A DNA stretch of 64,000 bases from Octopus vulgaris (taxonomy: Eukaryota): assembly GCA_951406725.2 (NCBI GenBank), contig OX597818.1, positions 101,556,001 through 101,620,000 of the forward strand, given 5' to 3'. The notes beneath the pieces were generated by a model that did no database searches, was not told where the DNA came from, and worked only from the letters and a program-made list of their open reading frames with translations. This document shows positions 1-14,434 of the stretch, piece by piece. The position numbers and the translations under genes were made by a program. Within the stretch, counting starts at the first letter, position 1; every line of letters starts with the position of its first letter.

Positions 1-954
1 TATGAACAATGAATAATTTGCCAAACCAAAACGAGACATACTCAGGGCTATCCGAAACAAGCCTAAAAAACCGCGGTGACACTCGGGCAAGTGTCCTTAC
101 TTCATACTTATGTTACAATCCTCGTAACAGGCCCAAACCTTCGGACTATATTTTCAACATAAACACACGTTTCAACAAATTTGTAGATGTCACCTCTTAA
201 TGTTCCATGCTCAATTTTCCATTTGAAATGGTAATTTGATACAATCATGAGATCTTGCCAAAATCTGTCCCTCGTCAGGAGTATTAATTTGGTACATTAG
301 ACCCCGTTTTCGCCATTATACCGATAATCAAATCCTGTCTTTTCGAGCCAAAGGAAGGCTGCTAAACAATCTTGCCGAAGGACGCAGCCGATAACCGGAT
401 CCGTTCTACACGGGACAGGTGTTCGACATAAATCTATAAGGCATCACGAGTACAAAACAAATTCGTCTTTCTGCTTAAATATCTGGCAAATCCGTTTGAC
501 GGTCGGTACGTCTACCAGGACATTGATTTCTGGAAATTATACATCGACGTTAACCTGAAATTCCACCAGAAGGGACCAGCTAGCTAATTCTCGTCGGCGC
601 CCGGGGTCTCCTCCACAACATTGTCGTTCTTGCCCGCCACTAAACATCTATAAAACACCAAAATGGAACTTATAATGTCCGTATTGCCCGACTGTTAGAC
701 GACTGTATGCATTTAGTAACGGGCCTCAAACAGCAGTCTAAACTTGATCCAAAACTGCAAATAAAGAGGAAAAGCTAGGGAAAAGTGAGTGTAACAAATA
801 GCGAAGGCATACCCGGTCTTCTATTTAGCGTATGTTGATAATAAATATAGATTCTGAGAAGTGAAAGGTGATATTTCCACAGAATTAAGAGAAATAGGCA
901 CTTCAACTCGTTCAAAATTAGCCAAAGGGGACTATCGAGATCAACAAAACAGAT

Positions 955-1590
955 TGCAATTTGTGCTATGTGTAGAAGGTGACGGTAAAAGTGGAAGAAT
1001 CTACCTATGATATCCTTATCTACTTGTCTGCCAATTATTTTATCTTCAAACTACTTAGGTAGCCCGATCAAGTTGTCACCATCGACGTCGGGGCATTCAA
1101 GAAATCAAGTCGGTACTTGTCAGAGACCTGAGGAGGTTGACTGAACCTATGCTGTTTTTGCAATTCCTTCATTATCAGCTATCTATACCCAAACGTACCT
1201 AAGAGATGGCATCGTCCCAGGGTATTTTCAGATGTCTGAAGAAAGTCGGCTGCCCCACTCACGTCAAAGCATAAACAGGTACTAGATTGCTGGAACCCTC
1301 TCCGTTACTGCTCAAATCCAGAAATACCAGCCTACCTCTTGTTGGCAAGAAATTGATCTGTTCCATGAGATCTATACTTTCCAACATTCAGCGCCTCTTC
1401 TCAATCCCTGCAGACATGATGATATGGAGATCTTGCATCTGCTGCATACTGGCAGGAGGGCTTGTAAGTGCAATCAGATAGCTCTCTGGTAGCCATCATA
1501 TATATAGGTAGAGATTTGGGGTATTGAGCTTCCAAATCGACCTCGGGCCACGGGTACTGACAAAGATTAATAACAAAATGGACATGCATA
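955..1590 (-). mobile_element. Degenerate Tx1/L1-like LINE, apurinic-endonuclease (APE) domain remnant
   Basis: Manual minus-strand translation gives ...TRGRLVFLDLSSNGEGSSNLVPVYALT*VGQPTFFRHLK (~1230-1345) and ...VTFYT*HKL (~958-985). These resemble the GRxxxLD, VYAP and (S/T)DH motifs of L1/Tx1 APE domains. Multiple stops and frameshifts; the element may extend further toward position 1. Confidence 0.55.
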
Positions 1591-3204
1591 TTAAGAGAGG
1601 AGGAGACAAGAAAAATGTTATTACCGTCTTCGGAGGAGCAGGTGTTTCCTCTCTTTGGCTATATGTGTATCTCTCCTTTAGAACTTAGTTATATATTTTG
1701 TTTTTGCTCTCATGGGACTCTTTCAATTCCCAGGGATATTCTATTTGCAGTTTGTTGCGCGTTACATTCTTAGTTAATATAATCTATATATGTTTACGGG
1801 TGTTAAGTGTAGGTCGGATTTGGTTCATTTAGATCATTTTGCTTATTATTTGCCATCCCTCATTAAGTCTCTGTTTATTGCTATTATTATATCTTCGGTT
1901 TCATCTTTGCATGATCATGAGCGCAACACTACTTAATCTCCTCCAATTGTTATACTGTTCAAGTATGAAGCTTGAAATGGGTCACATATAATGGCTGACG
2001 TTGTAGGTAAATGCATGTCTTCGGAGATTCTAGCAAGTTCCGCATTTGTCTCGGCTTTATTGTGAGTAAAAACATTAATTCAGTGCGGCTCTTCTAAAAT
2101 TTATCAAGGTTACGAAATGTACAATTATAGCGAAAAGTACGATTATATACAAATCATTTTGAAATCTACAAAAGGTATCAGCAAATTGTTGAATCATATA
2201 CTACAATATTTGATTTTCTTGTGGCGGACGTTCCTAGGCGAGAAGTGGGATGGTCCACTTCTACTAACTAGTGGACTTACACAGTCAGTAGGGAAGTCGG
2301 TCTATCTATTCGACATGTTAATGTTCCTTCTTCGTTATTTAATCCCTGTAATCAATGTATTTTTTCAAATATATAGGAAAATGTATTGAAATATCTAACC
2401 TGATTCGAATTGTCTTCTGCGTGTCAAAAGGATCACTAAAGACTTCGTGAAAACATTTGAACGTTTTCCCAATTGTAACTTGTTCTGAGTATTTGAAGTC
2501 GTAAATCGGAAAAAATAGTAGAATCTTCATATACCTGTAGAAACATTATGGAAATTAATATTAATCCTCTTATACAACATTCCTTTTGCAATTCCCCCCT
2601 CCCTATCGACTAATAAATACTATTGAATAGGCAAAAAGTCAGTTTAATCCGATGGCCGAAGCTAAAAATTCCCTCGAGGAGCTACATGAAATATATGCTA
2701 GAGAAAACGTGAGACTTTATACGATTAACGTTGACTATGAATTGTTTTTGAGAGCGGAAACACAATATAATATGAACGTGAAAATTTTGGTTAAAAAACC
2801 GGCAATAATACTCTGTATAACAAGGCTATATCAAGAATTGAATTAGATCCGCTATAAATATTTAAAACATATGCGAAATGTGTTCCACATCGCCCAAATT
2901 GAACTGAATATGTCGACATAGAGCAGATACGTTTCATTTTACATTTATTCTTACGCCATACTTGTTACCAAATAAAACGTCGGAAAAATTAAAACAAATA
3001 TATATGAAATATGTATGACTTAGTCCAACCGGTCCTAATGATCTCGAATTCAAACATTGAGAAGCAATACAAAATGTTGTTTATAGTTTAGGATGCCTGG
3101 ATACTACATATATTTAAAGAAAAAGACTAAGTGAAGATTGACCAACATGGACTAGCCATTTTATGTTTGATCAGAGAATTAATATTAGTGGAGTAGTTTG
3201 GATT

Positions 3205-3360
3205 TTGTAGCATCTCGTCCACCTTTACGCTCTGACTTGAAATTCTGTCGACATTGAATACGCCTTTCATACTTGCCGGTTGCCAGTAAAACACTGGGGT
3301 CGATGTAATCGGATTACCTCCTCTCACACACATTGACAGCCACGAAATTTCAAATGAATA
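3205..3360 (+). mobile_element. SINE-like repeat fragment (family B), diverged
   Basis: Shares ctgacttgaaattc...gcctttcat...ccagt...ggtcgatgtaatcg with the copies at 29640-29825 and 63860-63990. Confidence 0.45.
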
Positions 3361-5859
3361 CATAGATTAATTAATTCATTCATTCCAAAGACAGACATTT
3401 ACATTTTTGTTAGAAACCTGCTCCTTCCTCAAAGGCAGTGTTTAAGAAGCGACAAAAAGAACAGAACATATATACAAGCATTGGATATAAGAAAAAAAAA
3501 TGTGTGTGTGTTTGTGTGTGTGAGTGTGTGTGTGTATGTTTGTGTATGTATGCATATATTCCTATATAGATTAGAATAAATACTGCTGACACACACACAT
3601 GCATACATAAACTCACATGCAGTCAGATAGTGATGTCATAAACACTCATCATGTAAATATAAAATAAAATTAAAACTCCACCTACGGTTCGTCCCAAAAC
3701 TTGTCCATGGATTGAATCATTATCGAACGAGTATATAGCAATTTCGCCTTGAAGAGCTTATTGCCGGAACATGTACTCAAACTTAAAAAGTAAAAAAAGA
3801 TAATGTAATGAATATCTTGGAATAATATTTTGTATGAAAGATATAAATTCATACAAATTTTAATGTTCATTTTCTATCCTAATCTGCGTGATATTCAGCA
3901 TACAACAGTGCGAAAATGCCTTAAATATATTTTGACAATACAAATGTCACGACGTAAAAACAAATAGAGTGGTAACAATCTCTCGTCAGGCAAGTACTTC
4001 AGGCCTTTACGTCTTCCAAACTAGTGGGGAAGATCTGCAACTAAATCATGATTCCTGAGTGCGCTACTACTGATATACTCCATTTTGAAATCGGAGATTC
4101 GTTCATCCCCTGTGCAGTATTTTTCATTCCGTCTGGCCTGGCAAATTGAGCAATCATGGTTCCCACTTTGCCAAAATAGACAGATATAGGAACCTGCTCT
4201 TTACAAGTAAACCTTAGCTAGGACAACACACATACATGCATACAAATATAATAGCTACAAGTGTTAAATATAACTGATCCTCATCTAAAAGACAACGCAC
4301 TTTTATGCGCTTAGGAAAATTACAACCGTATTCTTAATATTGTATGGTTTCCACTAGTATTCCTTTCAATGTAAAAATAAGTGAATATTATTTCTTGAAC
4401 TTTGTTAATGTATAGCCTACATGTAATTAAACACAACGCACCCTGCCATCTTCAATAATTATACTGCTTCTTTATAAAAAGGAACCGTTAACTTTAAAAC
4501 TCGCGTCACTAACGTATATCTATAATATCGCTTAAATTTTTTAGCCTAGCATTTATGTGCAGTAAGCATGTTGATTCTTACTTTAATATAACTTCGACTG
4601 AGAAATTACAAATTTTTTCTGAGAATAAGTAATCTGTGAAATTTAACATTTACAAACCTATTAAAATTAAACGATGATATGTTCAAGCATATCTACATAA
4701 TCTACATATGTCCAACAAATACCTTTGTGTTTTAAAGAGAGAGAGAGATGGCAGAACAAATATGATGTGACTCTAATCTAGGTGTTTGCATGTATGTATA
4801 TAAAACGAAAATGCAACCTACCTCATGAAGAAAACTTCCCAAGCGTGTTCCCTGCTCTTAAAGTTTACGAAAGGAAGGTTTACACCCGGAAGCCTGTGAG
4901 ATAATTAGTATGAGTAGAAATTACGTTAGCTTCGTAGAATTATTAGATATTGTATATATTACCAATTTGATGTCAAGAAAAATAAAATAAAAATAAATTT
5001 TAGAGCGAGTTATAAACAGTAGCTACAACACATCGTAACGTACATTTGCCATTTAAATATAGCTAACACCTAAGGGTGGATGCTACTGTAGTTTGTAGCC
5101 CCAGGAGGACACCTCCTCCAGCTGGCCATAGACTCAATTTCTGTGCCTTATCAGTGTTTGCAAAGGGAAGCCATCCTTCCCGTCTTAAACTTATGATACA
5201 CACGGACTCAATGTTCTGGTTATTGATCAGTCATCGGCGTGTGACAATCATAGTTGTCGATGAGAAACAGGTTCCCTTCACAAACACTTATACTTTTTCC
5301 AGTATCGATAGACACTGATATTGAAGAAAAGGAAAAACAAATTATGTTTAAAGGAACGAAATACATTACATGAAAATGATTGACCGGAGACGTTATAGCA
5401 CGTAAAAAAATATCGTGTGGATTTTGTAACCGATAATCCAATTTCCGACATTTTAGGAGTAATCATGTTCAATATATCTATACAACTATCAATATTAAAT
5501 GTTCAACTTCATATTCAGAGTTATTTTACTTTATCTACGCTTGTGAATATTTAAAATTTTTAAAAATCACAAATATCTTCCCGCATATTGATATTTTGAA
5601 GTTATTTCGTTACCATGGTTTTTCGCCAAAACACGCAGACCGTATTTTAAATGGTTTGAAAATGATGCAAAATATAGAAAAAAGAATAGGAATAGTGCAT
5701 ATAAGCTACATTAACAGGTAATTTTGATGGAAGGATAAACTCTGTAGCACTTTCAAAATGGAGTGGGTATCATAAAACTAAAAAGGTTATATGGAGGCTT
5801 TTTATCAAAAAAGGCATTTCAAATGAAAGAGCTCGGAAAAAATCCATATTGTTTTTATA

Positions 5860-5910
5860 TACTTTTAATGGTTTCGGCAATAGGGCTGAGGCCATGCTGG
5901 AGCACCACAC
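5860..5910 (-). mobile_element. 3' tail fragment of SINE family A
   Basis: gtttcggcaatagggctgaggccatgctggagcacc matches tttcagtcatttgactgcggccatgctggagcacc at 35661-35696. Confidence 0.45.
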
Positions 5911-6473
5911 TAATTTTCTATCAGTATTTGACGCCTTATGCTTGGAGGTTATGATTGAGTTGAACTTTTCTCGGTGTATCCATGGACGATGGGCTGCTCC
6001 GGTAATGTCGTTAGGCCTTTATTCAATACGTGCTTTTTATTTTAAGAATTCCATTAGGGATTCGTTCTATATTTACATTTCTGATTTGTAGGTTTTGCCT
6101 ACTTTGAAAACTCGAGGAAGGTATAAATGCTAACATTGAAAACGATTTATTCAAATTACAGAAATAGTTTGAGACAACTGAAAAAAGTCTATTTCGCACC
6201 GAATTATTTCTTCAGATTTCATTTTTTTAAATATATCGGATTTCTATGACTCCGCAAACCATTGTACGCAAATATTATTTTTTTTCTGTTCCCCAAATTT
6301 TATTTAACGATTATTATAACAATGACCTGTAGAACTCATTCTACGTGTTTACAGCAAAATCTTGCCCTATATCCTATATGTGAGGTAAGGCCTTATCTGA
6401 AGACTGTAAGCTTTGATATATATATTTGTATATATATATATATATTTGTATATATATATTGATATATATTTGT

Positions 6474-6523
<50 letters not shown>

Positions 6524-6871
6524 GTAAATTAAAAAAAATCTTTAAATAAAGAAACTGTTTTCATTTGAAAAATACACAACACGTCATAATATGCACATAT
6601 AACTAACTGTTATTTTTTTGCATATTTCAATTTACGATTACATCACTGTACATAAATCCCCTCACTAAACAAGGTTTTCGAAACTTCTCTTTGTCTGTAC
6701 ACAAATATACTCTCCCCATTACCGAAAGCTGAACAGTTATCACACTTACCAACAAAACTCACAATAATAGCGACAACCAATTACCTCCATGTATTCATCT
6801 ACTTGTGAAGACCTTCACTCGGAATTTCACCACACACAACATGAACAAAATTTCTTCTTAAGAAAAAATAC

Positions 6872-6929
6872 ATATTCAGAAAAGTAAAAGTTATTATCAT
6901 GAATAACAATAGCGAAACCGGTTGATATA
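6872..6929 (+). ncRNA. Highly degenerate type I hammerhead-like motif at a probable PLE 3' end
   Basis: atatt-CAGAAAA-[...gttatt atcatg aataac...gc]-GAAAC-CG-GTT-gatat. Stem I is atatt/gatat and stem III is the palindrome AACCGGTT. The core has 2 changes from CUGAAGA and the triplet is GUU. Followed by (TA)n. Confidence 0.3.
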
Positions 6930-6980
6930 TTAAAAATTATATTAAAACTATGTAATTGTGCGTATTTTCCTTTTTAATTT

Positions 6981-7036
<56 letters not shown>

Positions 7037-7037
7037 A

Positions 7038-7069
<32 letters not shown>

Positions 7070-7232
7070 CATATATGTATATGTATATCTATATATATAC
7101 ATATATATACATACATACGTACATATATATGTATATATATATATATATATCTAATTATGCATATATATATACACACAAACACACACACACATGTATATAT
7201 ATATATATATATGTATGTATGTGTGTGTGTGT

Positions 7233-7510
7233 ACGAGGGCTGATTATTAAGTATCTGGAATGTTGCCATGGCAACAAACTGAAACGGGAAAAGTGAAGTC
7301 ACTTGGCCAAACTCTACTCTGCCTGCGCATAAAATTTCAATATTCTAGCCATTTCCGCGTTCTGCAGCAGTGCTCCGATGGCAGATGTGTATCTTGCGAT
7401 CATCGCTTTGCTAATGACAGAGTATATGCATCATATTTAGGCAAAAGCTTGTCGATATGTGCAAAACGTTTTCATAGTTATCGATAGATTTAAGCAGATA
7501 ACGTGATGAT
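7233..7510 (+). mobile_element. Mariner-like transposon 5' end remnant
   Basis: Begins TACGAGGG..., a typical mariner TIR start after TA. Followed by a decayed N-terminal-like coding stretch (...QKLVDMC...). Confidence 0.45.
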
Positions 7511-7529
7511 AATGAACAGAAACTCAACC

Positions 7530-7700
7530 GTATATAACGTGCATAACTCGCGTATTGTAATTTTGTGATTTCTCCTCAAAGCTGTACGAATGGCTGCGAT
7601 ATTTTGTCAGTACTGTTGGTTGTGGTCCTTCGTAAACGTTTAACAATATCGACATTTTTCGGCCATCTTTGAAACAATCACACATTATATCGATTCGACT
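7530..7700 (-). mobile_element. Mariner transposase N-terminal (HTH/linker) fragment
   Basis: Minus strand with frameshift reads CFKDGRKNVD... then IAAIRTALRRNHKITIREL, resembling mariner FKxGRxxVxDDxRSGRP...xTIREL. Confidence 0.6.
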
Positions 7701-8106
7701 ATCAAACGCCACACAACATACATCGAAGTAGTGCAGTAAACAGCGGATGTTAGCTAGAACGTATACCTTAGTGCGCATGCACAGCAGTATTCAGGGACGA
7801 TATGTTCCTATCGGCTTTATTCTACGTTCTTTTGCTTCATTACATTTGCAACTTTCCGTATACGAATTCATCACCCATCATATATATGCCGTCGAATGGA
7901 GAGAACTTGAAATACTCAGAATAGAAAACATGAATGAATTCTGTAATCATTTCGAATTTAACTTAATGGAGGTCTAAACTTAAAGGAACGAGAGCAGCTA
8001 TAAGAGAAATCCAGATGAGCTTATACGGAGAAGGTGACGCGGATAAGCATGCCTAGTCTTTATATAAATACATACAGCAACACACATACACAAACACGCA
8101 CTCATA

Positions 8107-8157
<51 letters not shown>

Positions 8158-8864
8158 TTGTGAGTGTGTGTATGTGTGCGTGCGTGCGTGTGTCTTCGTA
8201 TTAGTGTGTGTTCATGCTTGTGTATATATATCGAGAGGATCTCCTAATTTTTAGAAGGGATCGAGACCTGAATATACGTCGTATAACACTATGGAAATTA
8301 ATTTCTTTTTCATTAGAAACAAATGGGTGATGTGTTGCATCCTCCAGTATTTGGAATTGCAAATACTGTATATATTAAAAACAAAATAATACCCAATGTT
8401 TTGCTAAACAAATTTGAAACGTGGAAACAACGATTCACTCGTACCTAGATGTTTCAAATGGAATATGACAATATACATTGTAAATTAGGCGTACATACCG
8501 AAGCTTAGGAGTTATCCGTATTGTACTTGTTACCTCATCTTGTAGAGTTGTTTTCATGTCATTTTGAATCTCCTCCGCTGTAGTTGAATTCAGTGCATTA
8601 CTGGCATTAAGAAAAAAAGGTCATACATTTTATCCATCATTGCTACAGACACCAGCAGCATAATTAAACAATAATTGCTTTAAACAAAGTATACATGGTA
8701 GATTGTAATTAGCATTGACAATGATTAGTCACGTACAAATTATAAAACTTAAGTATTTAGAGTAGCAGATATCAAAACCCCACTTTACAATATTCGTTTA
8801 ATTTCTATGGATAACGTACAAATTCATACATATGTACCTAGGTTATGTACCTAAGTTTTAACAT

Positions 8865-9661
8865 CATATACTTCTAGTCACCTTGCGCAGAATATACACT
8901 GGTCCCAGCGTCCCTGCTACTTTCGGAATTCGGCCTGGAATTCGTCGTCCGTACGTGTGTCGAGAGGACCTTCTGCTATTAACTGTGAATCTTGACAACG
9001 GCTTTGAAACGGTGACCTTTGTTCTACATTTGATAGAAGTGAAGAGATGGAAGCCCGAAGGAGATAAATCTTGCAAATAGGACTGGTGAAAAAACGACAA
9101 CATTTTGGTTTTCGTAAGAAACTCACAGGTCAGATGTGGTGAAGAATACAATACTTTGCACTCCAAAAACACGGTCGATTTCGTCGAATGTCCTCCCTTC
9201 AAAATATTGCAATTGAACCCTCGATTAACAGTTTGGATGAAGGTAGGCTGGATCAAATCTCAATGCACAGTACCACATTTCCAGCTGTGATACTTGCGGT
9301 AGGTTTTTTAGAAGGTTAATTGTCTTCCAGGGATGTTTCCCCGCTTTTGTACTGCACGTGAGATTTGAATTATTGCGTAAAACCCATTGCCTGGTGGCTG
9401 TAAGCTTGCCGAAGTATTTCCAATTTCTCTGAAGCAAAATTGTCAAGTTTAATACGAAATTTCACATTGGCTCTTCGTTCCGTATTCCTTCTCATGGCAG
9501 AATCGCAGACTACTGCATATACGGGACCACATAAGAACAAAGTTCAGAAGTCGGGAAGTAAACACAGTGATGTTATACACAGTGATGTTGGTTCATGATG
9601 GTCACTTCACCCTGATGGCGCCTAGTCAGCTACTCCGTGAATATTTTCATACAATCTCGTA
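8865..9661 (-). mobile_element. Internally deleted mariner (DD34D) transposon
   Basis: 5' TIR-like tacgagattgtatgaaaatattcacgga (9661 downward). N-terminus MRRNTERRANVKFRIKL...LEILRQAYSHQAMGFTQ*FKSHVQYKSGETSLEDN (9496-9270). C-terminus HQSYLQDLSPSGFHLF (HPPYSPDLAPSDFHLF motif) and EFRKWQERWDQCI (8870-9130). Most of the catalytic region is missing. Confidence 0.8.
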
Positions 9662-10670
9662 CAACAGTTAAATTAGAAGTGGAATACATACATTCTGGGG
9701 ATTGATATGAAGGGTATGAGTCTGCGCTGATGGATAAATGTCAGTTCATTACAACTGTTTCTTACACACTTTTTATAGAATAATTAGAATATGTAAATTC
9801 AAAACAACGTAATAGTCGGATGAAACATAATTCCAAGTGATAGGATATCCCAAGAACACAGTGGAAACATGCCTGAGGTCAGCCGAAGGTGACCGTGAAA
9901 TAGGAGCAAGAAGGAAAAAAAAGGCTGTTACGGTCATTAGGAGGTGGAGTGAGAATGTTTAATATGACATTTATGGTCCGTGAGCCCGTGTAGAAGAAGT
10001 AAATTGGAATTAGCTAAGCTGGTTTATTTCAGATACGGGAGAAGACGTGTAGACAATTATAGTGTAATTTATTATACTAGACTAACAAAAGCGTATATTA
10101 GGGAATGAACTGAAGAAGGGAAAGATGAATGAAAACAAAAAATATCCATAATAAAAACCAATTGAGTGCAGGACGAGAGAGCATCAAGCCCTTGATAAAG
10201 ATTCAAGTTTGAAGATAAGAGGAAAAATTTACAATGGGAAGTGTTTCACCGTGGTGGATTGTAGTAGGTAACTCAAATGTCTAGTTCTAGCAATTGTGGA
10301 ATGGTAGTGTTTTATGCGATTATTTTATTTGGTAGAGCAAAATGGGGGTAGGATGTTGATATAGAGACAAATATGATATTTGGTATAGTGAAATCCAGTT
10401 GTAATAAATGGACGAAATTGCCTGGGAAAGGAATTACTACATCTACAAATGGTGTGCCGGGAAATATCGGGTAGTAGTAATATTGTACTAGCCATAAGTT
10501 CAATTAAGGAGTTCGAGGAATAAAAGGGTTATCTAATATATAATATAATAACTAATAACGGGAGTATACCAGAAGGGTATATATCGAAGTAATCCAGTAG
10601 GTAGCAGTTTATTTATTAACTGTTTAGGGTGTTATAGGAGGCGCTAATCCCATTTGATAACACAGTATAA

Positions 10671-10760
10671 ATTGACAAGTAATATTCGTAGCAACTTTAA
10701 CATGGCTTTCCGTTCGAGCGGAAAGCTATGTTAAAGTGGCTACGAATGTTACTTTTCAAT
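10671..10760. repeat. 90-bp hairpin (42-bp arms, 6-nt loop)
   Basis: attgacaagtaatattcgtagcaactttaacatggctttccg-ttcgag-cggaaagctatgttaaagtggctacgaatgttacttttcaat: 38 Watson-Crick pairs, 2 G-U pairs and 2 mismatches on the + strand. Confidence 0.9.
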
Positions 10761-11924
10761 GCATCTTCTATTTATAAGACTTTTGATAGATCTTATAAAT
10801 ATTATAAATTGCTATTGTATAAATCAGGTAGGCTAACTTAAACCGATAGTCGTGGATAAGATGATTTTATATATACCTTCATTATCGTGTGCAGCGCAAA
10901 TAACCAGCTTGGTGTGAGAACTATTTTCTTAGCGGAATAGACATGAAACTCGATAGTGTGAGTAGGTTGCTATTTCGTGGACTAGATACAATTCAATCGC
11001 GAATGCGTAATACTAGGTCAAATATAATAGTAGAATATCTACATGAAAGTCGCATACCATTCAAAATTACAAACTATTCAAATAATGTTAAAATAGTTTA
11101 TAAATGATAAGAGATAGGATGTATAGGAAAAGGAAAATTAAACGACAACAAAGTCGATTAAGTAGATTAATTGACTAAGCGTTTACGTAAAAGCAGTGGT
11201 GTCGCTGGAGCTGGTTCGCCGCAGGCCCAGACCTTGAATATTGGTTATGTAATGTTCTTAAAATATTTTATATTATGGCTTACTTTGTGGATACATTAAA
11301 GACGAAAATCTTTATTATTAATTAGATTTTGCAGCATAGTCTGCACCGGTATCTGCTGCTGCAGTACGTTTTTGTGACCCTAATTACCCCTAATTTCAAA
11401 TCGAATCGAACGTTGTCATCCTTAAGTCTCCGAATCTTCGTGGCTACATAGGTCCTGTCTGCACTATGAAGTAATTCGAAGAATGATAGTTGGTTACAGA
11501 GAATGATTTTCTAGTAAAATGACATCATCAAAATTTCCATGTCTTTATCATTGTTCGACTTAATTCACCTTCACCTCTTTTTTGTGTATGTATATAGATA
11601 TGAATATATGTGAATGAATACATACACATGTGTGTGTGTGTGTTTGTGTTTCTGTGCGTTTATGTATGAGTAAAATCCAGTGCTTTTGTGTGTGCGATTG
11701 TGTATGCGTGTATATCTTTAGGTGTGTACTTCTCTCTGTTTAATTTTTCTTTCTCTATATGTTGTGTGCGTGTGGGTCAGGTTTCGTTTCTTAGTTTTTA
11801 TGTGGGCATGGTCGTAATTAAACACTCCATATTTAAACAATGAATAACAAACTCTAAAATATCAATTTGAAAAGAGGTTTGAAGCGCGAAACTATAAGAG
11901 TCACCTTTTATAAACTTATAAACA

Positions 11925-12432
11925 TCATGGGATCACAAAGGTGTTATATATTTTGGGCTGCTTCAGACGAACCTAACGGTCAATTCAGATGTTTGCTCAC
12001 ACCAACCAATGAAAATGGTGGAAGCAATCAAAGAGAAACGGCCAGAATTGGCAAAGGATAAAGGAATTGCGTTCCACCATGGAAACGCTAGACCACACAC
12101 ATATTTGTTAACTCATAAAAAATAATTGGAGCATAGTTGGAAAATGATGTCACATCCACCATCAGCTAACCATTTATTTCGAACTTTGCAAAATTCTTTG
12201 AATGGCAAATCTTTCAAAATTGATGATGACCTGATATCGCACTTGCTTCAGATTTTGACTGAAAAGGACCAGAAATTCTGTGAGCATGGTATCATGAAGA
12301 GCTCAGAAATATGGCAAAAGTTTATGGAACATAATGGAAAGGAAATAATTGATTAATATTCATTCTTTGTATTAAAAAATGACTTTTATTTTACATTAAA
12401 AATGACGAAATTACTTTCTTGCCAGCGCAATA
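11925..12432 (+). mobile_element. Mariner transposase 3' half plus right TIR
   Basis: WDHKGVIYFGLLQTNLTVNSDV...IKEKRPELAKDKGIAFHHGNARPHT...MSHPPSANHLFRTLQNSLNGKSF, i.e. the HDNARPH motif with YSPDLAP deleted. Ends gacgaaattactttcttgccagcgcaata, a mariner-type TIR followed by TA. Confidence 0.85.
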
Positions 12433-12840
12433 CATATATATATATAAAACGCTTGCAATGCATCCTGGCCTTGCCCAGTTGTTATGACCTACAGGAACAT
12501 TGTTTATTTGCTCCTTTCTTATGGGCAGAATCGGTACCATTGATATAAAATATAATGGCATAATGGAACTTACTCTTTCTTTAAATGTGAAAGGGTAGGG
12601 CATGATTTTCTTGGGTTTGCATGAAATTGCTTTGTGTTCTTATGAAGTATCACAAACTATGTATTGTTTCATCATATAAAATGGGATTAATACGATTTTG
12701 TCCAGATACGACATTTTCAAAATTTTAATTATTCCCCCATTCTCACTGCATTTTCTTAATTTCCCAATTTTTCGATTTTTTTTAGTTATCTACGTACAAA
12801 AATACAGAGATTATAAATGTAGGAAATACATATATATTGG

Positions 12841-12896
<56 letters not shown>

Positions 12897-14434
12897 TGGA
12901 GAGGGAGATAATTAAGTTATTGAGAAATGTTTTGTGGGTGAAATCCTGATGCCCTGTATCGCAAACATAGCAGTCAGAAGAGATTTAGCACGGAAATAAG
13001 GTGAGGGAGTGGAAATGTCACATGAGACAAGCAAGAAAGAAAAGTTAAAGGACAGGATATCTGTGAAAAACTTCCTTTTAAATTTATATCAAAGATCAGG
13101 ATTTTAAATATGCTCATCAAAAACACAAATAGCACAATAGAAAAAAAATCAATTCAGTTGGATTTCAGCTTTAAATTTGGTCGTGCACACTGCAAAAACT
13201 AACGTAATTCGCACAGAAGTTTTATCTAGAGTGTGTGTATGTATGTGTGTGTGTCTAAAAGGAAGTATTTTTTATGGCATTCTTTCGTTTGAAGACGCAA
13301 AGTTGTCAACTCGACATATATGGAATCATATGATTGATCGTTTGTTTCCATAAAAATTCTTTTAATTCTTTATGCTTTGGAGAGAGTAGAAATTGAAAGA
13401 GAGGATAAAGTAAAAAAGCGACATTTGCTTTGAAATGAGAGGAGAAAGTAAAGCATGTACTGCATATGAAATGAACGTGTGTCAGTGCGAGAAAGAGAGA
13501 GGGAGTGTGTGTGTTTGTGAGAGTGAGTGAGTGAGTGAGTGAGAAGGAAGGAGCGTGCTGTGATGTATTAAGTTTTTTGTATGTATTTGTAAGTGTCTCT
13601 CTCTTCCTCTTTTTTTCACACATGCACATGCACACACACATTATCTTTCATATATATTTACATACATAAGTGGAGGTAAAGAATACGCATACCACCCATT
13701 TTTGGCATAAACCTAAATGTAATCACCGGGTGTGCATAATGTTTACTTTCGTCTATAAATGCATATGTATACATCTGTTTTTGTACTTGAGGGAGATCGG
13801 GAAACCGAATGTATTTCCCCATAACATATACAGAAATGGATATATTTTAATGCAATTTTGGGTGTTGTGGCTTATTTTAATACAGTATTTATGTGTACAT
13901 TTTCATAAATGTTTGTTCGAGTAGAAGTCTAATCATGCGTGAAACATCGGACGACAATGAAACTTTAGAAAGAAATTTAAATGTTGTCACAAAATTACCT
14001 CAAAATTGTGCGACCCGCGTAGTTGCCGAGGTTTTGTTAGTTGCAAAAGTGAGTTGTTGAGTGAAAGACATAGTTTATTTAGTAGACAGTTAATAAGCAG
14101 TGGCTGTTTCGCATTGGCTATGATTCGTTAAGACTTTCAAAGTTGTCAACGAACTGTCATCCAGATCAGATGTTTTGTTCGCTAATTTCTGTATCTATTT
14201 ATTTACCTTTGTATGAAAGTGAAAGAGAGAAAGGGAAAATATGTCTGAACGTGTATATGAAATGGATGTGTGTGTGTGTTTGTGTGTGTAAAAGAGAGAG
14301 AGAGAGAGAGAGGGAGAGAACCATCTTCAAATACATGAGAACACACATCTTCACTCACTCAGGCACTATCTATCTATCTATCTATTTATCTATCTATCAA
14401 TCTACCTATATATATATATATATTTTTATATAGG

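Noticed and set aside
2652-2846. 64-aa ORF MAEAKNSLEELHEIYAREN...
   Set aside because: Short, with no recognisable motif; compatible with chance.
2399-3781. Two exon-like minus-strand segments (~2399-2534 and ~3682-3781) with AG/GT-like borders
   Set aside because: No recognisable protein, the second has stops in all frames, and such splice-like motifs are common by chance. Transcript data would be needed.
9700-10660. Purine-skewed region that might be a very old Penelope-like RT/GIY-YIG remnant on the minus strand
   Set aside because: I could not recover convincing motifs by manual translation; a profile search is needed.
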